Positions 12,926 to 25,372 of a DNA stretch of 64,000 nucleotides are shown one piece after another. This DNA is from Camelus ferus (lineage: Eukaryota). The first letter of the stretch is position 1, and every line of letters begins with the position of its first letter. The position numbers and the translations under genes were made by a program. The stretch lies in assembly GCF_009834535.1 (NCBI RefSeq), contig NC_045696.1, positions 106,022,001 through 106,086,000 on the forward strand, in the 5' to 3' direction. The notes under the pieces are model-generated. The model worked only from the letters and a program-made list of their open reading frames with translations. It searched no databases and was not told the DNA's origin.

Positions 12926-13411
12926 GTGGAGGTAGGCTGCCTTCAAGATGATTCGCAAGGATCCTCACCTCTTAGTATTCACGTCCGTGTGTAGTTTTGC
13001 CCACGTTTAGAAGCGATGCTATGTCACATCCAAGGTTAGATTATAAAAAAGACTTCAGCTTCTGTCTTAGGTGCTCGCACGTTCTTTTTGGTCTCTCCCT
13101 CTGTGGACAGCTGCTGCCATGTGTGAACGCTCAGGCAGCCTGTGGGGAGGCCTGCTTGAAAAGGAACAAACTGAGGCCGACCAACAACCACATGAGTGAG
13201 TTTGGAAATAAAGCCTTCAATCCACTTGAACCTTGAGCTGACTGTTGCCCCTGCCAACAGGTTGACTGCACCCTCATGAAAGATTTGTCCAGACCATCCA
13301 GCTAGGCCACTCCTGTATTCTTAAGCCACAGAAACTTCCAGATAATAAATATTTATTTTAAGCTGCTAGGAGTAGGGGTACCTTGTTATGTGGCAATAGA
13401 TAACTAATACA
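12926..13411 (+). mobile_element. MaLR LTR (MLT1-like)
   Basis: Ends in ttgttatgtggcaatagataactaataca, the MLT1 terminus. Confidence 0.8.
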
Positions 13412-13489
13412 CAGACAGATGAAATCATTGCAAGCTGAAATAAGTACGTACAGCAATCTTATGGTAGAGCACACGCCCATTGTAAGAAG

Positions 13490-13740
13490 TGCTATGGTCA
13501 AGTGGTTAATGAAGTGGTTAGTGGAGCCTGAATGCTGGAGCCTGGCTCGGCCATACTAGCTGTGTGACCTTAGCAAGTCATTTTTAAAATTTCTGTTTTC
13601 TAATTGGATCATTTGTAAAGTAAAGGTAATAACAGTATTTACATTAAAGTTGTGAAGAGTCAACAGGTTAGAACGTGAAAGTGCTTAGCCCAGAGCCTGA
13701 CACATTTTAAGGGTCAATTAATATAACTATTATTATTCTG
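13490..13740. mobile_element. MIR SINE
   Basis: ctagctgtgtgaccttagcaagtca core. Confidence 0.7.
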
Positions 13741-14789
13741 TATGGGTTCTTTAAGCATTTGTTATTAATATATTTGCCTGAGTTATTTGCTTCTTGTCTT
13801 TCATATTGGAAAATGGCTACTGAGGGTGCATGCCCCTGTATAAATCTGACTCAAATTTAACAATGCGATTCAACTCTGTATTGAGCACCTACTGTGTACC
13901 AGGGACTAAGCCAGGTGCTGGAAGAAGTTTAGTGAGGTATGACCCATGTTCCCAGAAGTTCAGGTTCTCATGGGGGAGGCAGAGCAAATGTATTACTGTA
14001 ATAAAGAATTCTTAGTCTAAAAGACTTGTGAGTTGAAGAATCTTCAAGAATTCATCACCAAATGCCATTTATATTCGGTATACTCCTTGTTGGGAGAAAT
14101 CTGGTAGTTCTATACCCAGAAGAAATTTTGAGAATCAGTTTAAAAGTTTAGAAATGAAGAGATCTGTTTTAATTTGCTGATGTCGGATGTAATTTATACT
14201 GGGAAGTCATAGCACAGAGGAAAGCAGTAAGCTGAATGAAGACAGGCTTTGGATGTCTGCTTAAATGTCACTTCCTCAGAGAGGCCTCCTCCACATACCC
14301 TATTCTATTCCTTCATAGCACTTATAATTATGTGCTTATTTGTATTTGTTTTGTATTTCTCTTCCCAAGTATACTATAAGCTTCATGAGGGCAGGAACTA
14401 CACCTGGTTTACCCACCACTGTGAACTCAGCATCTAGTTCAACCCCTGGTACGTAACAGATGCTTAATAAACTTTTGTAAATGAACGAATGTTAAATGAG
14501 TGTTCGGAACCATTAGAATCCTGGTAGGTGAGGCCCATAGAAAACTCTTGAGACCAGTGCAGCAGGATGCTGCGCTAAAGACTGAACTTGTGTGCAGAGT
14601 CCTTTCCTGTTCTAGTAAAGAGAGGTACTGGAAAGTCCTTAGGGGTTCATAAGAAGGGATTCCTTTGGAGGACAGTACTATAGAGTTCCTCCCCTTCACT
14701 TGCTACATGCAAAATCCAGGAGTGATGAGGGGGAGGCTCTGTTGTTAGGAATTAGAGAATAATCAGCCTCTTTTGTGCTTTGAAGATTG

Positions 14790-15318
14790 GGAGGGATACT
14801 GGTGATCATCCATCTAGCACCCGTTGTCCTCTTGCCCCTTCAAGGGCTCCAATTTTACTCAAGTAGCCATGCTTCCATCTTGCAATCCACGTGACTCAAG
14901 GAGGCCCCAACCCCTGCTGATTCCAATTATGGTCACCCTTTTCCCTTCTGGGACCCATACTTAAATCATCTGCACGTTTGCCGGCCAGTTACTGAGTAGA
15001 GGCAGAGGACCTGCCTGTGTGACCTAACTGGCTCAAAAACCCAGAAGGAAGGATTTCAGATGGAAAAGAAAGCATGTGATCCTGATTGCTCCTGGTCAGA
15101 CATCTAGAACATCACTTTCATATGAATTTGAAACCTACAATGCTTACAGCAGAGAAAAACTGGGCCCTTAATCACTTGTTGAACCACTGCATTAACCGAC
15201 CCCAAAGTCTGTATGTCTCTCGATTTCCTGTTATGTGAGATAATTTCCTTATTGCTTAAGAAGACAATTCAAATCAGGTTTTCTGTCATTTGCAGCCAAA
15301 ATAATCCTAACTGACCAA
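14790..15318 (+). mobile_element. Old MaLR LTR (MLT1J/K-like)
   Basis: Terminal ggttttctgtcatttgcagccaaaataatcctaactga. Confidence 0.6.
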
Positions 15319-16457
15319 TGATGTTTGGCTTCCTGGCCATAATTAGGGCAGCTACCTTTAGAAGAGTGGGTAAGTCACCTTATTATCTTGGAAAAGGCAA
15401 GCAGTGAGACTCTTTAAGTTTCAAGGGTTGAAAGTGAAAATCCACTGCTAGTGTGAATAGCTAAGTATGGAGAGGGCAGGGGGTAGGGGTGGGGTGAGGA
15501 CATACTTGCATGGGGCAGACAAAGAGATCAAAATTCAAAGTGGCTCTAGCTGCCTGGAAGAAGGCTGAGTGTGGGCCTAAAAGTTGAACCCTAAAAGCTG
15601 TGACCCTGAGACCACTTTGTGAGACACACCATGGCTAAACCCCTCAGTAGAAGATCCCTGTTGGCCCTTGTGGAACCTGCTATCCTCAGCCTGCGTCCTT
15701 CGACCAATTGGAAAGTACAGGTTGTCAACAGCGACATCGTGTGGCTATAAGATGCAATGACAATGGCCGACGGCCTTCCCTTCAAGTATATGGCAGCTGG
15801 ATTTTCCGTTCGGAATTTTTGGATCACTTAACCCGCTATGAGGTTTTGAAAATGGTGGACAGGAGACCTGTTTTTAGATGTTGAATTTATTAAAGTGAGA
15901 AACAGAGGATTGAGTTGACTTCCTTTTGTGGGAAAAAAAAGAGCAGTCATCATATTTGTACACCATGGAGCTTTTTTTTTTTTTTTTTTTTTTTAGTTTT
16001 TACTTATATGTGAGGATGCAAGAAAGTTAGGATTAAAGCTACCCAAACAAAAACCTTTCCATTTTATACTTCTTTTGGAAACTAATCTATAGTTCCCCAT
16101 CACCTCCAGGACAAAGTCCCAGCTCCTTAGCACACCTGCTAAGGCCTTCCTCTGATTCTCCAACGATGCAACACACTCCTCAGTTCCTCAGGAAGCCCAT
16201 TATATTTGCCAGTGCATTGGGGGTTAGGTTTTTTTGGGGAGGGCAGATATAAGCTGTACCAATGGGGCCCAGGTTTAATTAAAGGGAAAAAAAAAAAGAG
16301 CAAGGTTTACTGAGCACTTGTGAACTACTCATTTTAATAATGTGTTTTGGAGTTATTGTCTTAATTTGCACATAAAGTTTTCTCTGAATACCTTTCCTCT
16401 ATGTATTTCTGGGGAACTCTTGTTCACCATTCAGAATCCTTCTTATGCATCTCTCTA

Positions 16458-16632
16458 GGTTTGCAGTTTTGTGGCTTGGCTGCACATTGGAATCACCTGG
16501 GGGAGATTTACAAACCATTGACACCTGGGTGCCACCTGGCAGATTCTGATTTAATTGGTTTGGGGCCTGAGATTCATTTTCAAAACTCCGTAGGCGATTC
16601 TAGTGTGCAGCCAGGGTTGAGACCTACTGGTT
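16458..16632. mobile_element. MER5A-like hAT DNA transposon
   Basis: ggctgcacattggaatcacctggg...gattctagtgtgcagccagggttgagac with internal inverted symmetry. Confidence 0.8.
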
Positions 16633-16707
16633 GAGGAAGACTCCAGTGACCCACTGAGGTAAATCTTCCGCTTTCTCTTGTGTGCCCTGCACGCTGTGGA
16701 CAAAGAA

Positions 16708-17157
16708 TGTCGCCTGCCAGATTAGTAAACAAAGGATGTCGTGTCTTTCAAGCCATCAGCCATTGCAGCTCCCCCTTACCCACACGTGCATCCTGAAGAG
16801 ATTCAGGATGGAGAAGATAAGATACTGGCCCTAGACAGTTAAGGTGCATATCAAAGGAATAACTTCAATGAGCCCAAACTCTTGCATCTTCCCATACTTA
16901 GAAGAGTGCTAAATTCATTGACTTGAGATGTCTGGCTTTTCTTTAACAGTAATCTTTTATGTTCCAACACCTGTTTTATTTTTGTCAAAATTCCTATATA
17001 TCCTGGCCCCTCCCTTACCTTTTGGGAACAGTCCCTCAGAACTATCTGAGAGACGCTCTCCTGGGCATAAATCTTCAGTATGTCCGCTGAATAAAGCATA
17101 ATTCTCAACTTTTAGGTTGTGTGTGTGTTTTTTTGTTGTTTTTTGTTTTAGTCAGCA
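16708..17157 (+). mobile_element. Solo ERV LTR
   Basis: TG...CA ends, TATA-like cctatata near 16993, AATAAA 17090-17095 followed by a GT-rich tract; TSD not evident. Confidence 0.7.
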
Positions 17158-17429
17158 CCTTTCTCTGATTATGCCTATCACACTGTACCTTACTTTCAGA
17201 GTATATATCCATCTCCCTAACTAGACTTTGAATGTCTCCAGTCAGACGCTTTTGCATTTCTGGAGCTTGATGTATTGCCTGACACTTTGTGGAGATCTGG
17301 AAAATGCTGAATGGGAGGGTAAAAACGTCATCAACAAACACTTATTTGCATCCTCCAAATGCCAGGCGATGCAGTACTTAGCCAGGTCTGGAACACAAAG
17401 ATCAGGCTGACCAGACCCCGCAGCAAGAG

Positions 17430-18030
17430 TTCACAGACACCGCATGTGTATGTGTGTGGAGGACTGCCACGTGGTCCGGACCTGTCTTTTTCACCGATCG
17501 CCTCAAACGTGGATTTCTGAAGTTTCCCTTGCAAAAGAGGATCCGGGTAAATGACAAAGTGCTTGCGCGGCCAGAGCGTTCGTTGCAATGGAAGTGCGCA
17601 CGCGCAGACGACAAAGCAAGCGCAGCACGCTCCCGCCTACGTTCTGGTAAGCCCCGCCCCCAACAGCGGAGCCAACCAGAGGACTCGGGGCAGTCCCAGC
17701 CTCCGACGGCAGCCCGAGACAGTCGCCCGGGCGTTCAGAGGCTGAGCGAAGCAGGTCCCTCGACGCGCTCGGGCTCGATTGGCCAGCCTCCCACGGCGGT
17801 AACGGTCGCAGACGCGGGGCCGGAGGCGGCTGAGCCGGACAAGCTGGGCTCGCTGCTGGAGGGAGGCGGCGGCTGAGGAAGGTGAGCGGCCCTCAGGGTT
17901 TACCGAGGCGTTGGGTAGAGCCCCTCCCTGAGGAGCCCCGGGAACTGGCCCCACCTGTACCTTGCGAGCGGTTAAACTGACCTTTGCTGGGGTCCCCGGA
18001 GAGGAGCCGCCTGGGACGGGTTTGCGCCAA
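17430..18030. promoter_or_regulatory. CpG island / CEP70 promoter
   Basis: CpG-rich. E-box CACGTG 17468-17473, NRF1-like TGCGCACGCGCA 17595-17606, GC box near 17652-17660, inverted CCAAT (attgg) near 17778. Confidence 0.88.
17700..17881 (+). other. CEP70: Probable CEP70 non-coding exon 1 (start approximate)
   Basis: Donor AAG|gtgagc at 17881/17882 inside the CpG island. Confidence 0.65.
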
Positions 18031-19879
18031 TTAAAAATCCCAGGATAAGGAGGGGAACTGGCAATCGAGTTCTGGCAATCCGCCGTTTGTTATCTTAGGC
18101 TTCTCATTTAATGTCTCAGCGCCTCAGTTTCTTCATTTGTAGAATACAGCTGGTTATTCTTGCCTGTCATGGTGGCTGAGAAGGTTAAACGAGGCAGTAA
18201 GTATGAAGCTTGGAGTGATTCCCGGCGTAGACTGGATTTTGGATAAGTTGTAGTTGGTTTATCCATCTCCGATAGTCGACTAGGGCCAGCCTGCTCAAAT
18301 TTTCAGTGCCAAGGTGTCTGAGAAGGTTGCGTGGCTAGTGAAAGCTCGGAGCAGAAGGTGGGGGATACGCGACGGGTTAGGTGAGTATCCCTTTCTTCGG
18401 TTTGTTAGTCTCATTCCACGGTCGGGAGGCCTCTTACTTTGTGCGGAGTTTAATTTGATTTTATTAAGGAAATCAACGAGGTGGAGTTGTTGCAAGGCTC
18501 GGAGACCCGTAACACCGACCAAACAGAAGAGTTTCTATATTACTTTATTTTCTAACCATGGTAATGTTAAGCTCTGTGTAGGCATTACCCACATTGGTTT
18601 CAATCCTCTGCATGGGGTTTAATTCTTACTTTTGGTATTGCCAGGTAGACTTGGGCCTTCCCTATCCCACCTTGGGGAAGAGGTGGCCGACTAGGGTTTT
18701 GTCCGCAGCTTCTGCTTCAAAGGGGAAGAGTCATGTTTGACCCTTTATATAACCTCTCCTGAGACATATTTGGTCGAGACGAGATCCAATCCCAATTCTG
18801 TTTCCTTATTTGTGGTAGATTCAGTTCTTCTTAGGAACGTTAAACAGCATGTTGGCATATTTTTGGAAAAGAGCTTTTGCATTTAATAGACAATAGAGAC
18901 TTTGAAAGCATTGTGTGTTCCATTTATTGCAGTAAAGTGAGATACTTTTGAGAAAGCTAATTAGAGATTTTTATGTGACTCACTTGAGAAAGAACAGCTA
19001 CTGGCCATGCTTAATTTCTAGCTTGTTCCCAAAAAAGTAGTGAAAAATAATTACATTTTAATGTATGGTGCATGTTGCAGGGGCTTCAGACCTAGAAAGG
19101 GCAAGTTACCAAAGGGTTCTTGTGAAACCTGGACAGGGCAAGAAGGTAAAACTGTTTTGCGTCTCTTCTCTTGGCTTTCTATGCCTTGTACAAACCGTCT
19201 GCTTCTCCCTGCAATTCTTATTCCCACAGTCTTACTTCAGGTGTATTATGAGACTGATTGAAGCTCATTGCAGCTTCTGCTTTGGACTTAGGAAGCATTG
19301 GGTCTTTTCTAGTGACTCGGAGTTCCACACCTGTGTCCTGTTACAGCCTGTAAGTGGGGAAAAGGCTGCTGCAGACTATTGGCATATTAATTTCACAGCA
19401 TGGGCCTCTGAAAAGGAGGGCTTGGTCACAGGTGAAATTGTGACGGTTCTCTCTGCCTTTATCTTCTGTATTTGGTGGTATCTGTCTGAGAGGGCTTCAT
19501 TTTAGTACCCTTGCCAATTAGAATATTCTACTTTTGAATCCAGAATCAGAATTATTGATAGATAATGAAAGATTTGGACTCCCAGCTAAACATTTCAACA
19601 AAAGCAGGAAGAGGAAAGATAAGGGGAAAGAAGACAAGGGCAAAGGCACGTTATAATGAGCATCAATGTCCATTAGCAGCTACTTCAGTTGTTCCAGCTT
19701 CAGTTTAGTGGAATAACACAAGACCATTCTTACTAGGAGGTTAAATATTTTAAGATTCAGGTCTGTTTATCTTTTTGAAACCTAGATGAAGATCCAGTTT
19801 CAGACGTGAGACTCACTGGGTGATCATTTCGTTGAGATCAACTTGAATGACCAGGTGAAAAGTGCAAGAGGAATGTGCT

Positions 19880-19888
19880 ATGACTGAG
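19880..19888 (+). CDS. CEP70: CEP70 candidate first coding bases (MTE) at the end of exon 19786-19888
   Basis: Acceptor cctag at 19785, then gctATGACTGAG|gtatgt. Phase 0 joins the open frame at 33532. Confidence 0.6.
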
Positions 19889-20329
19889 GTATGTCTGATG
19901 TGACAGGTGACTCTCTGGATGTTGAGAGGCCATGGGAAGGATCTACTATTTATGGAATACTATAATATATTTCTTTTTGACTCCTCATAATCCTATCAGA
20001 TATTTTAAACTCAGTTAAGGAAACTGAAGCCTAGAGAGGTTAATTAGAGAATTAACACAGCTAGTCGCCAACTCTGATCACCACCTCTGTCCTGCTGTGT
20101 GCCAGGTACTGTTCTGTTGATCTTTTCTATATTCACTTTCCTAGCCTTCACAAGAATCTGTGAGTAAAGTACTTTTATTATCCTCATTTTATGATAAGGA
20201 AATTGAGGCACAGATCAGTACTTTTTGGTTGTGCGGCAGAATCCATGATTTGAACCCAGGCAATCTGGCTATACCAGCTTTCTTTTGGTTAGTATTTCCT
20301 CTACTTTTGCTTTTATTGTTATTTAACAA

Positions 20330-22430
20330 ATTCATTTTATTAAAAAAATGAATTTTTATTAGGAAAGATTATGAAGTCGATACCACCCAGGTCAGGATGG
20401 AGAACCATGCTAGCCATGCCAAGACTTTGCTCCATCCCAATCACAACTACTTCTGTACTTGCATTAGTAGCCATTTTTCTGACTTTTATAGTAATTGCTT
20501 CCTTGTGTTAAAAGTTTTTTCATAAATCTGTATTCTTTGGCACTATAATGTAGTGTTGCTCATTTAAATTTTTAAAATCTTTTTTAATCTATAGATGCTC
20601 ACCCTATTTTCTTTTCCTTACGATTTATCTGATGAAGAACTTGGGTCATTTGACCTGTATATCCTACAATCTGGGTTTTGCAGATTGCATACTCATATAC
20701 AGTTCATTATGTTTCCCTGTCTTAGATACATTTTAAAAATTTTTATTTATTTATTTTTTTGGTTGGGGGGCGGTAATTAGGTTTACTTATTTATTTCTAG
20801 AGGAGGCGCTGGGGATTGAACTCAGGACCTTGTGTGTGCTAATCATGAGCTCTACCACTTGAGCTATACCCTCCCCCTGTCTTGGATAATTTTTGCACAT
20901 TGATAGCTGGATCCAAGACTGGATCAGACTCAGATTCAGTCCCTTTGGTAATTCTCTACATGGTGTTTGGCAAGACCATAGGAGGCGTAGAATACCTTAC
21001 TGTTTCTCTTTGTTTTCAGCACCTGTTGATATTTGATGCCTTATCTGTTCATTGAAGTTTGCAATTGTATCATGTTTTTTTTTTTTTAACTTAGTTGGAA
21101 TATTAGTACCTTATCTATCATTTGAATATACAGCAATATAATTCCTTTAGGAAAGGCAACATAAATGTTTCATTCTTTCCATTTACCAATTTTTGAGAAA
21201 ATTATCTTCTGAAGACAGTTCTTTTTAAAGAATCTAATGTCAGTATGACATCATGAATGTGAACACTATGGGTTTCAGTTTATTGCAATTATTTTCAAAG
21301 CTCATGTGGTCTCATCTTTGGCTGAGGGGAGCCTCTTCAAGCCTATTTTTTTTGATGACTTCACTAGTCTTTAATATCTTCCTCGGTGACTGATAATCTT
21401 GAACCATTTCTGTCTCCAAATCTGAAATCAACATTTTTTTCAAGAAACTCTGGTTTCTTTTAGAAGGAAATGGCATTTTAAGATCATTATATACCAGAGA
21501 TCCTGAGTTAGTCACTGTTTTAGGCTTTTCAGTAGACAGAGCTAGGAAACTTTATCTAACTATCTTTAGACACACACACATTAAAGATAAACTATTTAAT
21601 GAGTTCATATGAATACTTCCAGGTCAAATTGGGACTGCAGAGCCTTTACTTAATTTTTCTATTATATCTGCAGTACCTTTTTTCTATATGAAGAATACTG
21701 GTTCTTGAGAACATAGAAGATGATGGAATTAGAATGTCCCATAATTACTCATTAGTTTTATCTCATATTACACACCTAACAGTATCAGAAATATGTTACT
21801 GATACCACCACCAATATGATTACTGAAAACATTAAACTTTTTTTTGACTCATGTGCTTCCTATTCTTTCCTCTTTTTTTCCTTTTTTTTTTTTTTTAAAT
21901 AGTTTTATTATATCTGCATTGTCAAAGCATATAGTCATTACATGTTCTACTTTTTCTCTCTTAGCCTTCATTTATCCTTAGTTCTACAGGTATATTTAAT
22001 ACATACCACCAGTGTGTATGTTGATGTCCTTCTAACCATTTTGGTTACCTGATGCTTTTTTGTTGTTGTTGTTAAATTGCTCTGGAAGGAATATTCCTGA
22101 GTTCTTTCATATTGGTAAAAGTTTGTGCCCTTTATACTTGAAGGTAAGTTTTGCTGCTATAAAATCTTTGCTCACATTTCTTTTCCTTGAGTTTCTTAAA
22201 TATAGTACTCCTTTTTCTTCTGGTATAAAGCATTGGTATCAAAGTCAGATGATAATCCAGTTTTTCCCCTTATAAGTCATTTGTTCCTTTTTTTCTAGAT
22301 GACGAAAGAATTTTTTTCTTTTAAAATTCAGTAACTTTATTAAAATGTGTCTTGGTATTGGTTGTTCTGAGGTCAGTACTTGATAGGTTCTTTCCATATG
22401 TAGTTTCAGATCTTTTTTTTTAATTTCAGG
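20330..22430 (-). mobile_element. Ancient L1 (L1MC/ME-like) remnants
   Basis: Antisense match to the same 3'UTR text as 2300-3480, with ORF1-like antisense text near 22100-22430. Confidence 0.6.
20735..20877 (-). mobile_element. tRNA-derived SINE (Vic-1-like)
   Basis: Same consensus as the other copies; TSD tgtcttagata / tgtcttggata. Confidence 0.9.
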
Positions 22431-22440
22431 GAAACATTAT

Positions 22441-22571
22441 TTTTTATTTTTTGGCAGAGGAGGTAATTAGGTTTACTTATTTATTTATTTTTAGAGGAGG
22501 TACTGGAGATTGAACCCAGGACCTTGTGTATGCTGAGCATGCACTGTACCATTTGAGCTATACCCTCCCCC
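22441..22571 (-). mobile_element. tRNA-derived SINE (Vic-1-like)
   Basis: TSD agggaaacattatttt / agggaaaccttatttt. Confidence 0.9.
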
Positions 22572-22589
22572 AGGGAAACCTTATTTTTA

Positions 22590-23572
22590 AAACAGCTTTA
22601 TTGAGTTATTTGTTATACAGTATACTGAACGTATTTAAAATGTACTATTTGATGTGTTTTGACATACATATATACCTGTGAAACCATGACCACAATCAAG
22701 ATTGTGAATATGTTTATCCAACACTCCCCAGTTTCCTTTGTAATCCGTCTTTCCAGCTTCCTATTCCTCAACCACTGACCTTTCTGTCACTGTAGATTAG
22801 TTTTTTGTTTTTTAGAATTTTATGCAAATAGAGTCATAGTATGTACTCTATCTGGCTTCTTTCACTCAGCCTTAAATATTTTGAGGTTTATCCATGTTGT
22901 TGCAAGCATCAATAGTTTATTCCTTTTTATTGCTGAGAGGTATTCTATTGTATGAATAGACCACACTTTATGTATCCATTCACTTGTAGATGGACATTTG
23001 AGTTGTTTCCAGTTCCTGACTATTACAAACAAAGGTCTTAAGAGCTTTGTAAGCCTTTATGTGGACATTTGCTTTCATTTCTCTTGGGTACATACCTAGG
23101 AATGGAATAGTTCTTACGGTAAGTGTATATTTAACCTTATAAAAAACTGCCAAAGTGTTTTCAGATTTGCTGTCCTTTTTACATTCCCATCAGCAGTGTA
23201 TTAGAGTTCTAGTTCCTCCACATCTTTAGAAACACGTGGTATAGTTTGTCTTAGACACTTACATAAGTGTGCAGCGGTTTCACAGTGTGGATTTTAACTT
23301 GAATTTCCTTCATGACTAACAGCTTTTATAGCATCTTTTCATGTGCTTATTTACCATCTGTGTATCTTGTTTGATGAAATGTCTATTCAAATTTTGTGCC
23401 CTTTTTAATATTGGGTTGCTTGCTTTCTTATTGTGTTTTTAGAGTTCTTTATGTATTTTGGGTATGAGTTGTTTATGAATTGCAAGTATTTTCTCCTAGT
23501 CTGTGATTTTTCTTTTCCTTCTCATAACAGTATCTTTCAAAGAACAGTTCTTATTTTTATGAAGCCCAACTT
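22590..23572 (-). mobile_element. L1 3' fragment
   Basis: Antisense L1 3'UTR and ORF2 end. Confidence 0.8.
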
Positions 23573-23769
23573 AGTATCTTAACCATTTTTAAGTATATAG
23601 TTCAAAGGTATTAAATACATTCATAATATGCTACCATCACCATCATCTAGCTGCAGAACTCTTTTCGACTTGTAAGATTGAAACTCTGTATCCATTAAAT
23701 GATAACTCACCATTCCCTCAAGGCTCTGGCAACCACCATTCTACTTTATGACTGAAATCATACAACATT

Positions 23770-23793
23770 TGTGTGTGTGTGTGTGTGTGTGTG
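23770..23793. repeat. (TG)n microsatellite
   Basis: Directly visible dinucleotide run. Confidence 0.9.
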
Positions 23794-25240
23794 GGATTGG
23801 CTAATGTCCTTAAGGTTCACCCATGTTATAACTTAATGTAAACATTCCCTTCCTTTTTATGGCTGAGTTGTATTCCATTGAATGGATATACCATTTTTGC
23901 ATATCCATTCATCTGTTGATAGACAGTTGGGTTGCTTCCAAATTTTAGCTATTGTGGATAATGCTGCTGTGAACATGGATGTACAGATATCTCTTCAAGA
24001 TCCTGCTTTTGACTATACCCAGAGTAGAATGGCTGAATCATATGGCAATTCTATGTTTAATTTTTTGAAGAACCATCCAGCTATTTTTCATAGCAGCTAC
24101 ACCATTTTACATTCCTACCAACAGTATACAAGGGTTCTACTTTCTCTTTGTCCTCACCAACACCTGTTATTTCTATTTTTTTTTGATGGTAGCCATCCTA
24201 ATAGGTAGGAGATGGTATCTCATTGCAGTCTTGATTTACATTTACCTAATGGGTAGTGTGATATTGAATATTTTTTCATGTGTTTTGGGCATTTTTATAT
24301 TTTCTTTAGAGAAATGTCTGCTCAAGTTCTTTGCCCATTTTTTAATCAGATTTTTTTGTTGTTGAATTTTAGGAATTTTCTATGTATTCTGGATATTAGT
24401 CCCTTATCACGTATATGATTTGCAAATATTTTCTCCCATTCTGTGGATTGCCTTTTTACTCTGTTGACAATATCTTTGATGGACAAAAGTTTTAAGTTTT
24501 CATGAAGTCTAATTTGTCAATTTTTTTCTTTTGTGGCCTGTGCCTTGGTGTTATAGCCAAGAAATCATTGCTAAATTCAGGGTTGTGAAGCTTGTACCCT
24601 GTGTTTTCTTCTAAGAGTTTTATAGTTTCAGCTCTTACATTTAGGTCTTTGATCTAATTTGAGTTAATTTTTGTATATGGTGTTAAGTAAGGGTCCAGAC
24701 TCATTCTTTTTGCACTTTTCCCAGCATCACTTGTTGAAGAGACTGACCATTACCTATTGAATAATTTTTGACCCTCACGTTGAAAATCTTGACAGTATAT
24801 ATGAGAAATTATTTCTGGGCTCTTTAGTGTACTCCATTGGTCTGTATACCAATACCACACTGTTTTGATTTCTGTAGCTTTGCAGTGAGTTTTAAAATTA
24901 GGAAATGTGAGTCCTTCAGCTTTGTTCTTTTTCAAGATTGTCTTTGCTATTCAGGGTCCCTTGAGATTCCCTATGTATTTTAGGATGGGTTTTCAATTTC
25001 TGCAAAAATGTCATTAGAATTTTGATAAGGATTGCATTAAATCTGTAGATTTCTTTGGGTAATATTGACATTTTAATATTAAATCTTATGATCCATGTAT
25101 ATAAGATCTGTTTCCATATATTTATGTCTTCTTAATTTCTCTGAGTAATGTTTTGTGGTTTTCATTGTACAAGATGAACCTCCTTGGTTAAGTTTACTCC
25201 TAATTGTTTTCTTTTTTCTTTTTCTTTTTTTTTTTTTTTT

Positions 25241-25372
25241 GGTGGGGAGAGCATAGCTCAAGTGGTAGATAGAGCATGTGCTTAGTATGCAGGAGGTCTT
25301 GGGTTCAATCCCCAGTACCTCCAGTAAAATAAATAACCTAATTGTTTTCCCCCACAAAGAAAAAAAAAACCC
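25241..25372 (+). mobile_element. tRNA-derived SINE (Vic-1-like) inserted in L1
   Basis: ggggagagcatagctcaagtggtag...gggttcaatccccagtacctcc followed by an A tail. Confidence 0.9.

Noticed and set aside
15810..15825. Sm-site-like AATTTTTGG suggesting an snRNA
   Set aside because: The flanks do not resemble any spliceosomal snRNA I recall
17454..17954. ORFs of 140 and 105 aa over the CEP70 promoter
   Set aside because: CpG-island artefacts with non-ATG starts
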